A stretch of DNA of 64,000 nucleotides from IMG/VR virus record IMGVR_UViG_3300010885_043927. One strand, given 5' to 3'. Origin of the DNA: an uncultured virus (IMG/VR IMGVR_UViG_3300010885_043927) (lineage: Duplodnaviria; Heunggongvirae; Uroviricota; Caudoviricetes). The position numbers and the translations under genes are program-made. Below, one piece after another: positions 31,466 through 39,766 of the stretch. Numbering within the stretch: position 1 is the stretch's first letter; every line of letters starts with the position of its first letter. Below the pieces are notes generated by a model. The model saw only the letters and a list, made by a program, of their open reading frames with translations. It did no database searches and had not been told where the DNA came from.

Positions 31466-32011
31466 ATGTTAAACGCCGAACAAATAATAGAAAAAGGTAT
31501 ACTTAAGTTAGAGGATAGCAAAGGTAAACCAGCACAAGTAGGTTACGACTTATCAGTTAAGTCGATTAATGCTATAGGTAATGTCAATTGGAATATTTCT
31601 GACCCGAGACATTACATTTCTAATCAACCGCAGATAGGTTTTATTTTTAAAGATAAGACTGAGTTGAATGTATACAGACCTGTTGAGACCAAGAAGATAG
31701 AAGGTAAAGAAGGTTATTTACTTTACGAAGGAGTGTATGATATTACGTTTTGGGAAGGGTGCAAAATACCTTCTAATCTAGCAGGTTTTATTCGTCAAAG
31801 ATCTTCTTTATTAAGGAATGGAGCTGTAATGCATAGTTCTGTTTTTGACCCTGGTTTCGAAACATCGAACATGGGATGTATTCTCACAGTTAACTGTACG
31901 CTATTTATAGAGTGTGATGCTAGAGTTGCTCAAATTTACTTTCACCATTGCGATGAAGTAGCTGTAGAGAATCTTTACAACGGACAATTTCAATACGATA
32001 GACAGAGATAA
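31466..32011 (+). CDS. dCTP deaminase / trimeric dUTPase family protein
   Basis: GYDL, RSSL.RNG, DPGFE, RVAQI, YNGQFQ. Confidence 0.85.
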   Translation: MLNAEQIIEKGILKLEDSKGKPAQVGYDLSVKSINAIGNVNWNISDPRHYISNQPQIGFIFKDKTELNVYRPVETKKIEGKEGYLLYEGVYDITFWEGCKIPSNLAGFIRQRSSLLRNGAVMHSSVFDPGFETSNMGCILTVNCTLFIECDARVAQIYFHHCDEVAVENLYNGQFQYDRQR

Positions 32012-32013
32012 TA

Positions 32014-32337
32014 ATGAACGATTTTGATTCTACTAAACCTTCTACTGGCTTTGGAGATTCTATAGCAAAAGTAACTAACTTTCTAGGAATAGATAGATTA
32101 GCTGATGCTGTAGCTAAGTTAGCAGGAGCTGAAGGTTGTGGATGTAAGGAACGTAGGGAGTATCTAAACGAGTTATTTCCATACGAAGAAACTACTCGTC
32201 AAGTAAGATTTTTAAAAGATGCCATTATAGAAGGAGTGCAGTATAGAGTAGGTAACACAGTTTTAGTTAAAAAAGGAACATCGTTACATCCTAGGTTAAT
32301 ACTACTTGCTAAAGATGGTATTTTAGAAGAAGTGTAG
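32014..32337 (+). CDS. Hypothetical protein
   Basis: GFGD.IAKVT...GCGCKERRE.LN. Confidence 0.7.
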   Translation: MNDFDSTKPSTGFGDSIAKVTNFLGIDRLADAVAKLAGAEGCGCKERREYLNELFPYEETTRQVRFLKDAIIEGVQYRVGNTVLVKKGTSLHPRLILLAKDGILEEV

Positions 32338-32368
32338 TTGTTTTTTTAAATATTTCAATCTATATTTA
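32338..32368 (+). promoter_or_regulatory. Bacteroidota sigma-A-like promoter
   Basis: TTG-N20-TATATTTA; unusually close to the ATG. Confidence 0.35.
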
Positions 32369-32371
32369 GAC

Positions 32372-34687
32372 ATGATAGAGAAGAAGTATTATACCGTTAC
32401 TGATAGAGCTACTCTTGAACTTTTAGTTCAGCATATAAAAGAGAGTGAGTATATCGCATACGATACCGAGACCAATAGTCTTAATGTCCGTAAAGGAAAG
32501 ATTATTGGTTTCTCTGTGTCTGGTGATGAAGGTATAGGTTTCTATATGCCTACTATGGTATGGGATAGAAACAAGGAAGAGTTAGTTGAGTGTGAAATAG
32601 ATGGTCACGGCTGTCATGCATTAGCTAAGAAAACCTTAAGTTTACTTCACGGTAAGAAGTTAATTATGCATAATGCTTCTTTTGACGGTCGTTTTACTAA
32701 AAACTTCTACGGTGAAGATTTAATTCCTTCCTTACATGCAGATACGGCTTTATTAGTTCATACGGTAAAGGAAGAAGGAGCTTTTGGTTTTGGTGGTAAA
32801 CCTTTTGGTCTCAAGGAAATTGCTATTATGGTACAGAGAGAGATAGGTTTAGATATTGAGACTAAAGCTAACGAAGAGCAGTTAATACTAAAAGAGAATA
32901 TTAAACGTAACGGTGGGTCTATTACTAAGACTAATTACGAAATCTATAAAGCAGACTTACATATATTATCAGAATATGCTGCAGCTGATACAGACTTAAC
33001 TTTAAGAATATTTAATCACTTCTCTAAAGTATTAATAGAAGAGAATTTAGTAGATTTCTTTTACGTAGATGAGGTAATGCCTATCTACAAAGAAGTAACT
33101 ATACCAATGGAGGAGTTTGGAGTAAAGGTAGACCTAGATTTATTGCAGAAAACTAAAATAGATATAGAGGCAGATTTATTAAAGCATAGTAAGTTAGTTG
33201 CAGAAGAATTATTAAAAATTGACGATGTAAGAGCTTGGGTTATCCAGACCGCTGTTGCGAGTTATCCTTGCAATAACAAAGGTACTTACGCTCAAAAACT
33301 ATGTGACTTAGAAGGCATTGACCTACCTAAATCAGATAAATCTAATAAGTATGTTTTAAATAAAGCTTCATTACTAACTTTACCAGAATCTGCTATAAAG
33401 GATTTTTTAATATCTGGTGATGAGAAATTCTTACCTCAAAACACTAGATTAAAAGTTAGCTTAGAGTTATGGAAAGAGGAGAATGAAGGTAAGTTTTTTA
33501 ATATTCAATCTAAAGACCAATTAGGCAAAATAGCTTTTGATGTTCTTGGGGTAACACCATTATCAACAACAACAAAAGGAAAAGCTCAATTCGATGATGA
33601 TATGATTGAATCGATATCTAAAGACCATCCTTGGGCTGAGAATTTACGTATATATAATAAGCTTCTTAAAGTAAAGTCAACTTACGTAGATAGGTTTTTC
33701 GACAGACACGAAGATGGTAGGTACTACTTTTACTTTAAGCAAAACGGAACTGTATCAGGAAGGTATGGTTCTGATATGCAACAGTTACCTAAACCTAAAG
33801 AGGATGGAGAAGCTGCACCTATAATAGTTCATTATAATAATGTAGTAAGGGCATTCTTAATAGCAGAAGAAGGTCGAATACTTATCGATTGTGACTACGA
33901 ATCTTTAGAACCTCACTGCTTTGCTTCGGTAACTGGTGATGAAAATCTAAGAGAGATCTTTAATAAGAACCATGATTTTTATTCTACTGTAGCTATTCGT
34001 ACTGAAAAACTAGAAGGAGTTAGTGCTGATAAGAAAGCAGATAACTTTTTAAAGAAAGTAGACCCGGTTAAACGTAATAAAGCTAAAGCTTACTCATTAG
34101 GTATTGCATACGGTATGGAATCGTTTGCTCTGAGTAAGACGTTAGAGATCAGTCAAAAAGAAGCAGACGTACTTGTACAAGGTTATTTAGATGGATTCCC
34201 AGACTTAAAACGTTGGAGAGAAGAGTCTAGAAAGTTTGTTAAAGAGCATGGTTATATTAGTAATAAGGTAGGACGTATTCGTCATTTACCTTCTGTTAAA
34301 AAAATTCACGACTTAATGGGTGATGCTATTTTAGATTGGAGAGCTAGAAAAGATTTAGAAGACCAATATGGAAGAGAGCAAGTAACTAATGTTTACAGAG
34401 ATTATCGTAACGGATTAAACAACTGTTTAAATTACCAATTACAGAGTTTAGCTGCCGCCGTAGTTAACCGAGCTGCTGTAGCTATTAATAGAGAGTTAAT
34501 AAAGAGAGGTATAGATGGACGTGTACAGGCTCAAGTGCATGACCAGTTAGTAGTAAACGTACCTGAAGAGTACGCACATGAAGTAGCCGAATTCGTTCAA
34601 GACTTAATGGAAAACACTACTAAGCTAGAAGGGGTAACATTAAAAGCACCTCCTGCAATTGCGAAAAATTTTAGAGATGGGCACTAG
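32372..34687 (+). CDS. polA: Family A DNA polymerase with 3'-5' exonuclease
   Basis: DTET, HNASFD, YAAAD; DYESLE, RNKAKAYSLGIAYG, QVHD. Confidence 0.96.
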   Translation: MIEKKYYTVTDRATLELLVQHIKESEYIAYDTETNSLNVRKGKIIGFSVSGDEGIGFYMPTMVWDRNKEELVECEIDGHGCHALAKKTLSLLHGKKLIMHNASFDGRFTKNFYGEDLIPSLHADTALLVHTVKEEGAFGFGGKPFGLKEIAIMVQREIGLDIETKANEEQLILKENIKRNGGSITKTNYEIYKADLHILSEYAAADTDLTLRIFNHFSKVLIEENLVDFFYVDEVMPIYKEVTIPMEEFGVKVDLDLLQKTKIDIEADLLKHSKLVAEELLKIDDVRAWVIQTAVASYPCNNKGTYAQKLCDLEGIDLPKSDKSNKYVLNKASLLTLPESAIKDFLISGDEKFLPQNTRLKVSLELWKEENEGKFFNIQSKDQLGKIAFDVLGVTPLSTTTKGKAQFDDDMIESISKDHPWAENLRIYNKLLKVKSTYVDRFFDRHEDGRYYFYFKQNGTVSGRYGSDMQQLPKPKEDGEAAPIIVHYNNVVRAFLIAEEGRILIDCDYESLEPHCFASVTGDENLREIFNKNHDFYSTVAIRTEKLEGVSADKKADNFLKKVDPVKRNKAKAYSLGIAYGMESFALSKTLEISQKEADVLVQGYLDGFPDLKRWREESRKFVKEHGYISNKVGRIRHLPSVKKIHDLMGDAILDWRARKDLEDQYGREQVTNVYRDYRNGLNNCLNYQLQSLAAAVVNRAAVAINRELIKRGIDGRVQAQVHDQLVVNVPEEYAHEVAEFVQDLMENTTKLEGVTLKAPPAIAKNFRDGH

Positions 34688-34730
34688 TTTAGTTAAATTT
34701 TATATATTTATATAAAAGATATAAGTAGTT

Positions 34731-34925
34731 ATGTTTAAATCTCAATTCGTTAACTTTAACGATAGGTTGTATATCCTGAAAAAAATAATCAGACAAGATT
34801 TAAACGCAGACGTTGAATACTGGAAAGACCGATTAGGGGCAGACACAGTTCTCTTGAAAGAAGGACAGATGTATTTTTTAGAAATAGTACCAGATATCGA
34901 TTATACAGAAACATTAAACAATTAA
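34731..34925 (+). CDS. Hypothetical protein
   Basis: 64 aa ORF after TATTTATA at 34705. Confidence 0.65.
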   Translation: MFKSQFVNFNDRLYILKKIIRQDLNADVEYWKDRLGADTVLLKEGQMYFLEIVPDIDYTETLNN

Positions 34926-34928
34926 TAT

Positions 34929-35234
34929 ATGTCAGAACAAGTAGTTTCGTCAATTACCCCATTGAACGGTAATGTTATTTTAAAACCTGTTGAAGAGTCG
35001 GAAATGACTTACGGGAATATCGTTTTACCTGATATGGGTAAAGAGAGACCTGAAATGGGAGTAGTAGTATCGTCCAGCCCTTCATATAACTGGAATTTAG
35101 GAGAAAGCGTAGCTTCTATTTTAATACCTGGAGATAAGGTACTAATACCGAAAATGGCAGCTATGAAAGTAAGCGTAGAAGGAGAAGATTATATTATCAT
35201 TAAAGAATCAGAAATTTTAGGAGTTATAAAATAA
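34929..35234 (+). CDS. groES: Co-chaperonin GroES
   Basis: PLNGNVILK, GNIVLPD, GDKVL, ESEILGVI. Confidence 0.92.
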   Translation: MSEQVVSSITPLNGNVILKPVEESEMTYGNIVLPDMGKERPEMGVVVSSSPSYNWNLGESVASILIPGDKVLIPKMAAMKVSVEGEDYIIIKESEILGVIK

Positions 35235-35238
35235 AAAT

Positions 35239-36880
35239 ATGTCAACAATATCATTATCAGGAACCGAATTAAAATCAAAGCTTTTATCGGGTATTCAAAA
35301 ATTAAATCACTCAGTTAGTTCAACATTAGGACCTTCAGGTAGAACTGTTCTTATAGATGATTCAACTTCAGGTATACGTGTAACTAAAGACGGTGTATCA
35401 GTTGCAAAGGCTTTTGCTAAATTAGAAGATGAAATCGAGAACATAGGAGCTCAGTTAGTAAAGCAAGTAGCTATTAAATCGGCTAATGAAGCTGGTGACG
35501 GTACAACAACATCTACGTTACTGACAACAGTAATGGTACAAGAGGGTTTAAAACTTATTACTCAAGGAACTAATCCGGTAGAAATTAAAAAAGGTATAGA
35601 CAAGTATGTAAAGCTTGTTGTAGCTGAGTTAAAGAAAGCTTCATTAAGTATAGATTCTGAAGATCAAATACGTCAAGTAGCTGTAATCTCAGGTAACAAC
35701 GATGAAGAAATAGGAGACTTAATATCTTCTGCATTAGATGCTGTAGGACGTGATGGGTTAGTTTCGTTAGAAGAATCTAAATCTGGAGAAACTCAATTAG
35801 AGATTGTAGAGGGTATGCAATTCGATAAAGGATATAAATCTCCTTATTTTGTTACAAATAACAATACTATGCAAGCGGTTTTAGAAGATGCGTATATTTT
35901 TATGTACGATGGTAACATTTCTACTGCTGCGGAGCTTCTACAAGTTCTTACTAAAGCAAATGCCGAGAATAAAGCGCTTCTTCTCGTTGCTCATGATTTC
36001 GGTGACGAAGCATTAGCTGTTCTTATTGTTAATAAAATGCGAGGCATTGCTAAAGTAGTAGCTGTTAAAGCACCTGATTTTGGTGAAAGACGTACTCTAC
36101 TTTTAGAAGATATGGCTGTCTTGACAGGAGGACAAGTTCTTTCAAAAGAAAAAGGTATTAAGTTAGATAAACTACCAGCTAATCAATTAGATCAGTTTTT
36201 AGGTAAAGCCAGAACAGTTACGGTAGATAAAGAGTCAACAACTATAGTAGACGGCCATGGGGAAGAAGAAGATATTAAAGTACGAGCTGAAGAAATTAAA
36301 GAGCAGATAGATAAAGCTACTTCTAATTTCGAAAAAGAAAAGCTTCAAGAACGTTTAGGAAAGTTAATTGGAGGTGTTGCTGTCATTTCTGTAGGAGGTA
36401 ATAGTGAGATCGAAATTAAAGAAAAGAAAGACCGAGTAGAAGATGCATTGTTTGCAACTAAAGCAGCTTTAGCAGAAGGAACTGTCGAGGGTGGAGGAAT
36501 AGCATTAATCAAAGCATTTAATATCATTGAGGAGAACACGAAAGACGTAGTCTCATTTGAAGATACTCTTGCTAAAGCAATTATAAAATCTGCTTGCTAT
36601 GCACCATTCCAGAAAATATTAAAATTCTGGTGAAGATAATCCATATAAGTTTTTGTATGAGGTTCTTACTTCAACAGAAAAAAATGCTACTTTAAATGTT
36701 AAAACAAGATTAGTAGTTGATGCAAGAGAAGCAGGAATTATCGATCCAGTAAAGGTAACACGGTTAGCTTTAGAAAATGCCTCTTCCGTAGCAGGTACGA
36801 TCCTTACAACGGAATCTGTAATCTTTGAGAAAAAAGATGAAAAAGAGGAGGAAAATTCTAATATGCAGGTAGGTTACTAG
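35239..36880 (+). CDS. groEL: Chaperonin GroEL; shift near 36621
   Basis: [25 protein letters not shown]-terminal [16 protein letters not shown] in the next frame. Confidence 0.95.
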
Positions 36881-36967
36881 TAATTATAATAGAGCAAAGT
36901 TAACTGTATAGTAGGTTTTATTTTAAAGGGTAATTATATTTACAGGTAAACTAAACAGAAATGTATT

Positions 36968-37306
36968 ATGTTTGAGTTAAATAAACTATTAGTTACACTT
37001 GGTATAATAGCAGGAACATCGAATGCTAATGTCGAAATGAATTTTTATAGGCAGAAACTATCTACAGAAATCACAAACGAGCAGAAATACCTTTCAGAGC
37101 TTAAGACTGTTGATTACCAAAAAATGTGGACAGAAGTATCTGTTGATGATAAAGCTAAAAAAACAGTAGAGTCATCAAAATTACATGAAAGGGAAATAAT
37201 GGCCAAAGGTAGATTAAAAGAGACAAGACAAAAAATAAAGGTTCTAAAATCTATTATTGAAAAAGATTCACTAGATAGGATTATCCCTACTGAGGTAAAT
37301 CTTTGA
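36968..37306 (+). CDS. Hypothetical protein with N-terminal hydrophobic segment
   Basis: 112 aa ORF, coiled-coil-like. Confidence 0.6.
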   Translation: MFELNKLLVTLGIIAGTSNANVEMNFYRQKLSTEITNEQKYLSELKTVDYQKMWTEVSVDDKAKKTVESSKLHEREIMAKGRLKETRQKIKVLKSIIEKDSLDRIIPTEVNL

Positions 37307-37327
37307 TATTTATACTAAAACATAATT

Positions 37328-37746
37328 ATGAAAAAATTATTATTTATTCTTTAATTCTATGCTCAAGCTTAGTAGCTAACGCACAGGAATTCTTTGGTTC
37401 CGCTACTAATAAAAGCGGTGACGGCTATTTAACAGCTGGGTACGTAAAAAAAGGATGGGGTATTTACACTGGGTTTTTATACAATGAAGATCCGATGATA
37501 AGTACTAAAACTGGTAGCTTCGGAAGCAGCATGAAACTAGGCGTAATAAGAATGTTCTCAGGAGAAAGATTAATGCTAGGAGCAGGTATACAGCCACAAG
37601 GAGGGGTTACAAAGCCTAATGTTTGGGTAGGGTATGCACCATTGAAATCGGAAGGTTTAAAGATTTGGGTTATAGGAAACTTAGTAGGAAGTAGCTTTAC
37701 TCCTGGTCTTGGTTTAACTTATAAACTAGAAAAGATAGTTTTTTAA
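37328..37746 (+). CDS. Small outer-membrane beta-barrel-like protein; 1-nt deletion near 37350
   Basis: MKKLLFIL joins LILCSSLVANAQ (signal peptide); alternating Gly/aromatic strands; terminal Phe. Confidence 0.6.
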
Positions 37747-37802
37747 TTTTTGCTTTTTTTAATTTTAGTAACATAATAGGGGCTAGTCCCCTTTTGTGTT
37801 AT

Positions 37803-37908
37803 TAGGTTGATTGGAATGTATCCTTTAACTGTAGAAAGGGCGGATACGACCGGTAAGAAACGCCAATCGTAAAAGTAGATGTCCACGCACCCATCTTCTA
37901 CTTTCCTA
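37803..37908 (+). ncRNA. Unassigned multi-stem RNA
   Basis: TAGG/CCTA, GATTGG/CCAATC, GTATCC/GGATAC and AAAGTAGA/TCTACTTT helices; strand assumed from neighbours. Confidence 0.55.
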
Positions 37909-37915
37909 TACTTAC

Positions 37916-38073
37916 TGTAGTGTGGCGGAACTGGCCTACGCATCCTCCTGTCTCGGGGACGTGGAACAACTGATAAAGACAAAATACAATCGGGATATCA
38001 CCCGGTGGAGGTTGACCATCAATCATGTTTTGTTCCTAAAGTCCACTTGGTGGTTCCAATCCATCTACTACAG
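37916..38073 (+). tRNA. tRNA-Asp(GTC)-like RNA with an 89-nt variable region
   Basis: Acceptor TGTAGTG/TACTACA + G; D arm; TCCTC-CTGTCTC-GGGGA; T arm GGTGG-TTCCAAT-CCATC. Confidence 0.7.
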
Positions 38074-38075
38074 CA

Positions 38076-38207
38076 GACTCTCATCTAGGGTTGTGCCGAG
38101 AACTGATGAGGCTGGTTAGACGACACAAACGTGCTGAACCAGGGTTAGGAGCGCCCAATTAGACACTCCTTCATAAAGAGTACCGACGATAAAAAGTAAA
38201 GCTCTTT
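38076..38207 (+). ncRNA. Unassigned structured RNA between the tRNAs
   Basis: CTCATC/GATGAG, TTGTG.CG/CG.CACAA, AGGAG/CTCCT, AAAGAGT/GCTCTTT. Confidence 0.4.
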
Positions 38208-38213
38208 AATTAT

Positions 38214-38285
38214 GGACTTGTAGCTCAGAGGTAGAGCAAATGACTCATAATCATTAGGACGGGGTATCGTAATCCTCCGGGTCCA
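38214..38285 (+). tRNA. tRNA with CAT anticodon (Met or Ile2)
   Basis: GGACTTG/CGGGTCC, GCTC/GAGC, AATGA-CTCATAA-TCATT; atypical T arm. Confidence 0.85.
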
Positions 38286-38287
38286 CT

Positions 38288-38598
38288 ACACCACCGTTCT
38301 TTGACATATAGGAGAAAATTAATCATGGATATTTTATCATTCATTTTAGGGATTGCATTAGTTGTGGTTATCGGATTATCGATAGTTGCAGTTATATCTT
38401 TCGTTAAGGTAAGAAAAATAGAAAAAGAAATGGAGCATTTGATTTCAGACATTTTCCAGAAATTAGAAAGGGATTTGTCTGATACGCATCGAAGAATCGA
38501 TGAACTAGAAAATAACGTCTTCTCTCAAATGGATTCGAGATTAGATAAATTAGAAAATAAATTTATAACTAAAAAATAAAGTTAATTAACGGTGGTGT
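38288..38598. repeat. 11-bp perfect inverted repeat flanking one ORF
   Basis: ACACCACCGTT (38288-98) and AACGGTGGTGT (38588-98). Confidence 0.8.
38325..38579 (+). CDS. Membrane-anchored coiled-coil protein
   Basis: AGGAG upstream; MDILSFILGIALVVVIGL TM followed by heptads. Confidence 0.75.
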   Translation: MDILSFILGIALVVVIGLSIVAVISFVKVRKIEKEMEHLISDIFQKLERDLSDTHRRIDELENNVFSQMDSRLDKLENKFITKK

Positions 38599-38616
38599 TT
38601 TTAACTATGTAATATA

Positions 38617-39033
38617 ATGGAGAATAAAATAAAACTGTACCTAGACGATATTAGAACACCTTTAGATAAAGAATGGGAAGTTGTAAGAACCTTCGAAGAA
38701 TTAGTTAAACATATTCAGCAAGTAGGTTTAGAAAACTACGATGTAATATCTTTAGATCACGACTTAGGAGACTCAGCTATTCAAGAGTACATTTTAAATG
38801 GATCGCCTAACTATACCTTAGATTATAATAATATCTTGGAAAAAACAGGAATGGACTGTGCTAGGTTTTTAGTAGCAGAAAGTATGTCCACAAGTATTCC
38901 ATTACCTCAAATTTACATACATTCAGCTAACCCTATTGGTTCTGCTAATATGATGGGTTATGTTAACAATTATTTAAAAAATCAAAAATTACCGCAGACC
39001 TGTATTCGGGTAAGAATAAAGCTTTCTATGTAG
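38617..39033 (+). CDS. Receiver-like domain protein (cyclic-phosphate-processing type)
   Basis: LYLDDIRTP, ISLDHDLG, TGMD, HSANPIG. Confidence 0.7.
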   Translation: MENKIKLYLDDIRTPLDKEWEVVRTFEELVKHIQQVGLENYDVISLDHDLGDSAIQEYILNGSPNYTLDYNNILEKTGMDCARFLVAESMSTSIPLPQIYIHSANPIGSANMMGYVNNYLKNQKLPQTCIRVRIKLSM

Positions 39034-39064
39034 TTGCTTTTTATAAGCAAATTAAATACATTTA
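39034..39064 (+). promoter_or_regulatory. Bacteroidota sigma-A-like promoter
   Basis: TTG-N20-TACATTTA. Confidence 0.5.
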
Positions 39065-39084
39065 GTTTTAAAATAAAGCTAAAT

Positions 39085-39312
39085 ATGTCAAGTACTCCAA
39101 AATTAAACATTTCATTAGACAAGACGACTCCTATCGTTTGTGAAGAATGCGGTAACAGTATATTTCAAGAAGGAACATTACTACGAAAAGCATCTAAGAT
39201 TCTAATAGGGTCTCACCAAGATGCCTTAGTGCCGATACCTGTATTTGTATGCAGTAAGTGTAGCCATGTAAACGATGAATTCATGCCGGGAGAACTAAGA
39301 AAAACAACATAG
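39085..39312 (+). CDS. Zinc-ribbon protein
   Basis: CEECG...CSKC; start MSSTPKL. Confidence 0.75.
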   Translation: MSSTPKLNISLDKTTPIVCEECGNSIFQEGTLLRKASKILIGSHQDALVPIPVFVCSKCSHVNDEFMPGELRKTT

Positions 39313-39313
39313 T

Positions 39314-39529
39314 ATGAAACGTAAAGACTTTTTAGCATCACTGGGATTACTAGCAGGAGCCGCATTTGTGCCTAACTCAAAACCTAAAAAACTATCTTTA
39401 GCAAAGCACACAAGTAATGCTGATATGAGTATTGGAGTAAATGGAGTAGAACGTATGCGAATATATTCTAATGGTAATATAAGTCTAGCAACTACTTCAC
39501 CAAATTATAAATTAACAATAAACAACTAA
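39314..39529 (+). CDS. Small protein with Tat-like signal and one fibre-like repeat
   Basis: MKRKDFLASLGLLAGAA; ERMRIYSNGNI...TTSPNYKL. Confidence 0.6.
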   Translation: MKRKDFLASLGLLAGAAFVPNSKPKKLSLAKHTSNADMSIGVNGVERMRIYSNGNISLATTSPNYKLTINN

Positions 39530-39533
39530 AAGT

Positions 39534-39761
39534 ATGGTAAATTATTTCACAGTACGCGTAGAATTCGAAGCTTTTGACGAGCGTGGTAAATTAAAAAAAC
39601 AAAAGTATTCATACTTAGTAGATGCAATGTCCGTAACAGAAGCCGAGGTACGTATAACGCAATTTTTAATAAAAAGTGGAGCTAGTGATTTTGAAGTTAA
39701 AGCAGCTTCAAAAGCTAATATCGTAGCTGTTGTTTCACAGGATGATTCTAAAGCAGTATAA
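39534..39761 (+). CDS. DUF4494-like protein
   Basis: YLVDAMSVTEAE.RI motif. Confidence 0.7.
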   Translation: MVNYFTVRVEFEAFDERGKLKKQKYSYLVDAMSVTEAEVRITQFLIKSGASDFEVKAASKANIVAVVSQDDSKAV

Positions 39762-39766
39762 TTCTA

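Noticed and set aside
24690..36625. Programmed frameshifts in queC, the kinase and groEL
   Set aside because: No consistent slippery site or stimulator; restoring 1-2 missing bases gives sensible family sequence.
3638..36880. Genuine pseudogenisation of a decaying prophage
   Set aside because: The lesions hit essential genes whose motifs are otherwise intact, and no integrase or host flank is seen. Sequence error is more likely, though unproven without reads.
37960..38048. Self-splicing intron or tmRNA explaining the tRNA insert
   Set aside because: Too short for a group I or II intron, not in the anticodon loop, and the RNA retains D and anticodon arms, unlike tmRNA.
38103..38130. Hammerhead ribozyme (CTGATGAG core)
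   Set aside because: No GAAA after a stem II (the sequence reads CACAAAC) and no convincing stems I and III.
38078..38150. SAM-I-family riboswitch (CTCATC.AG...GTGC)
   Set aside because: The GCAAC core is absent, and the downstream gene is a tRNA.
37743..38452. Track ORFs 37743-37982(-), 37922-38119(+) and 38225-38452(-)
   Set aside because: They overlap tRNA and structured RNA sequence and have no protein-like features.
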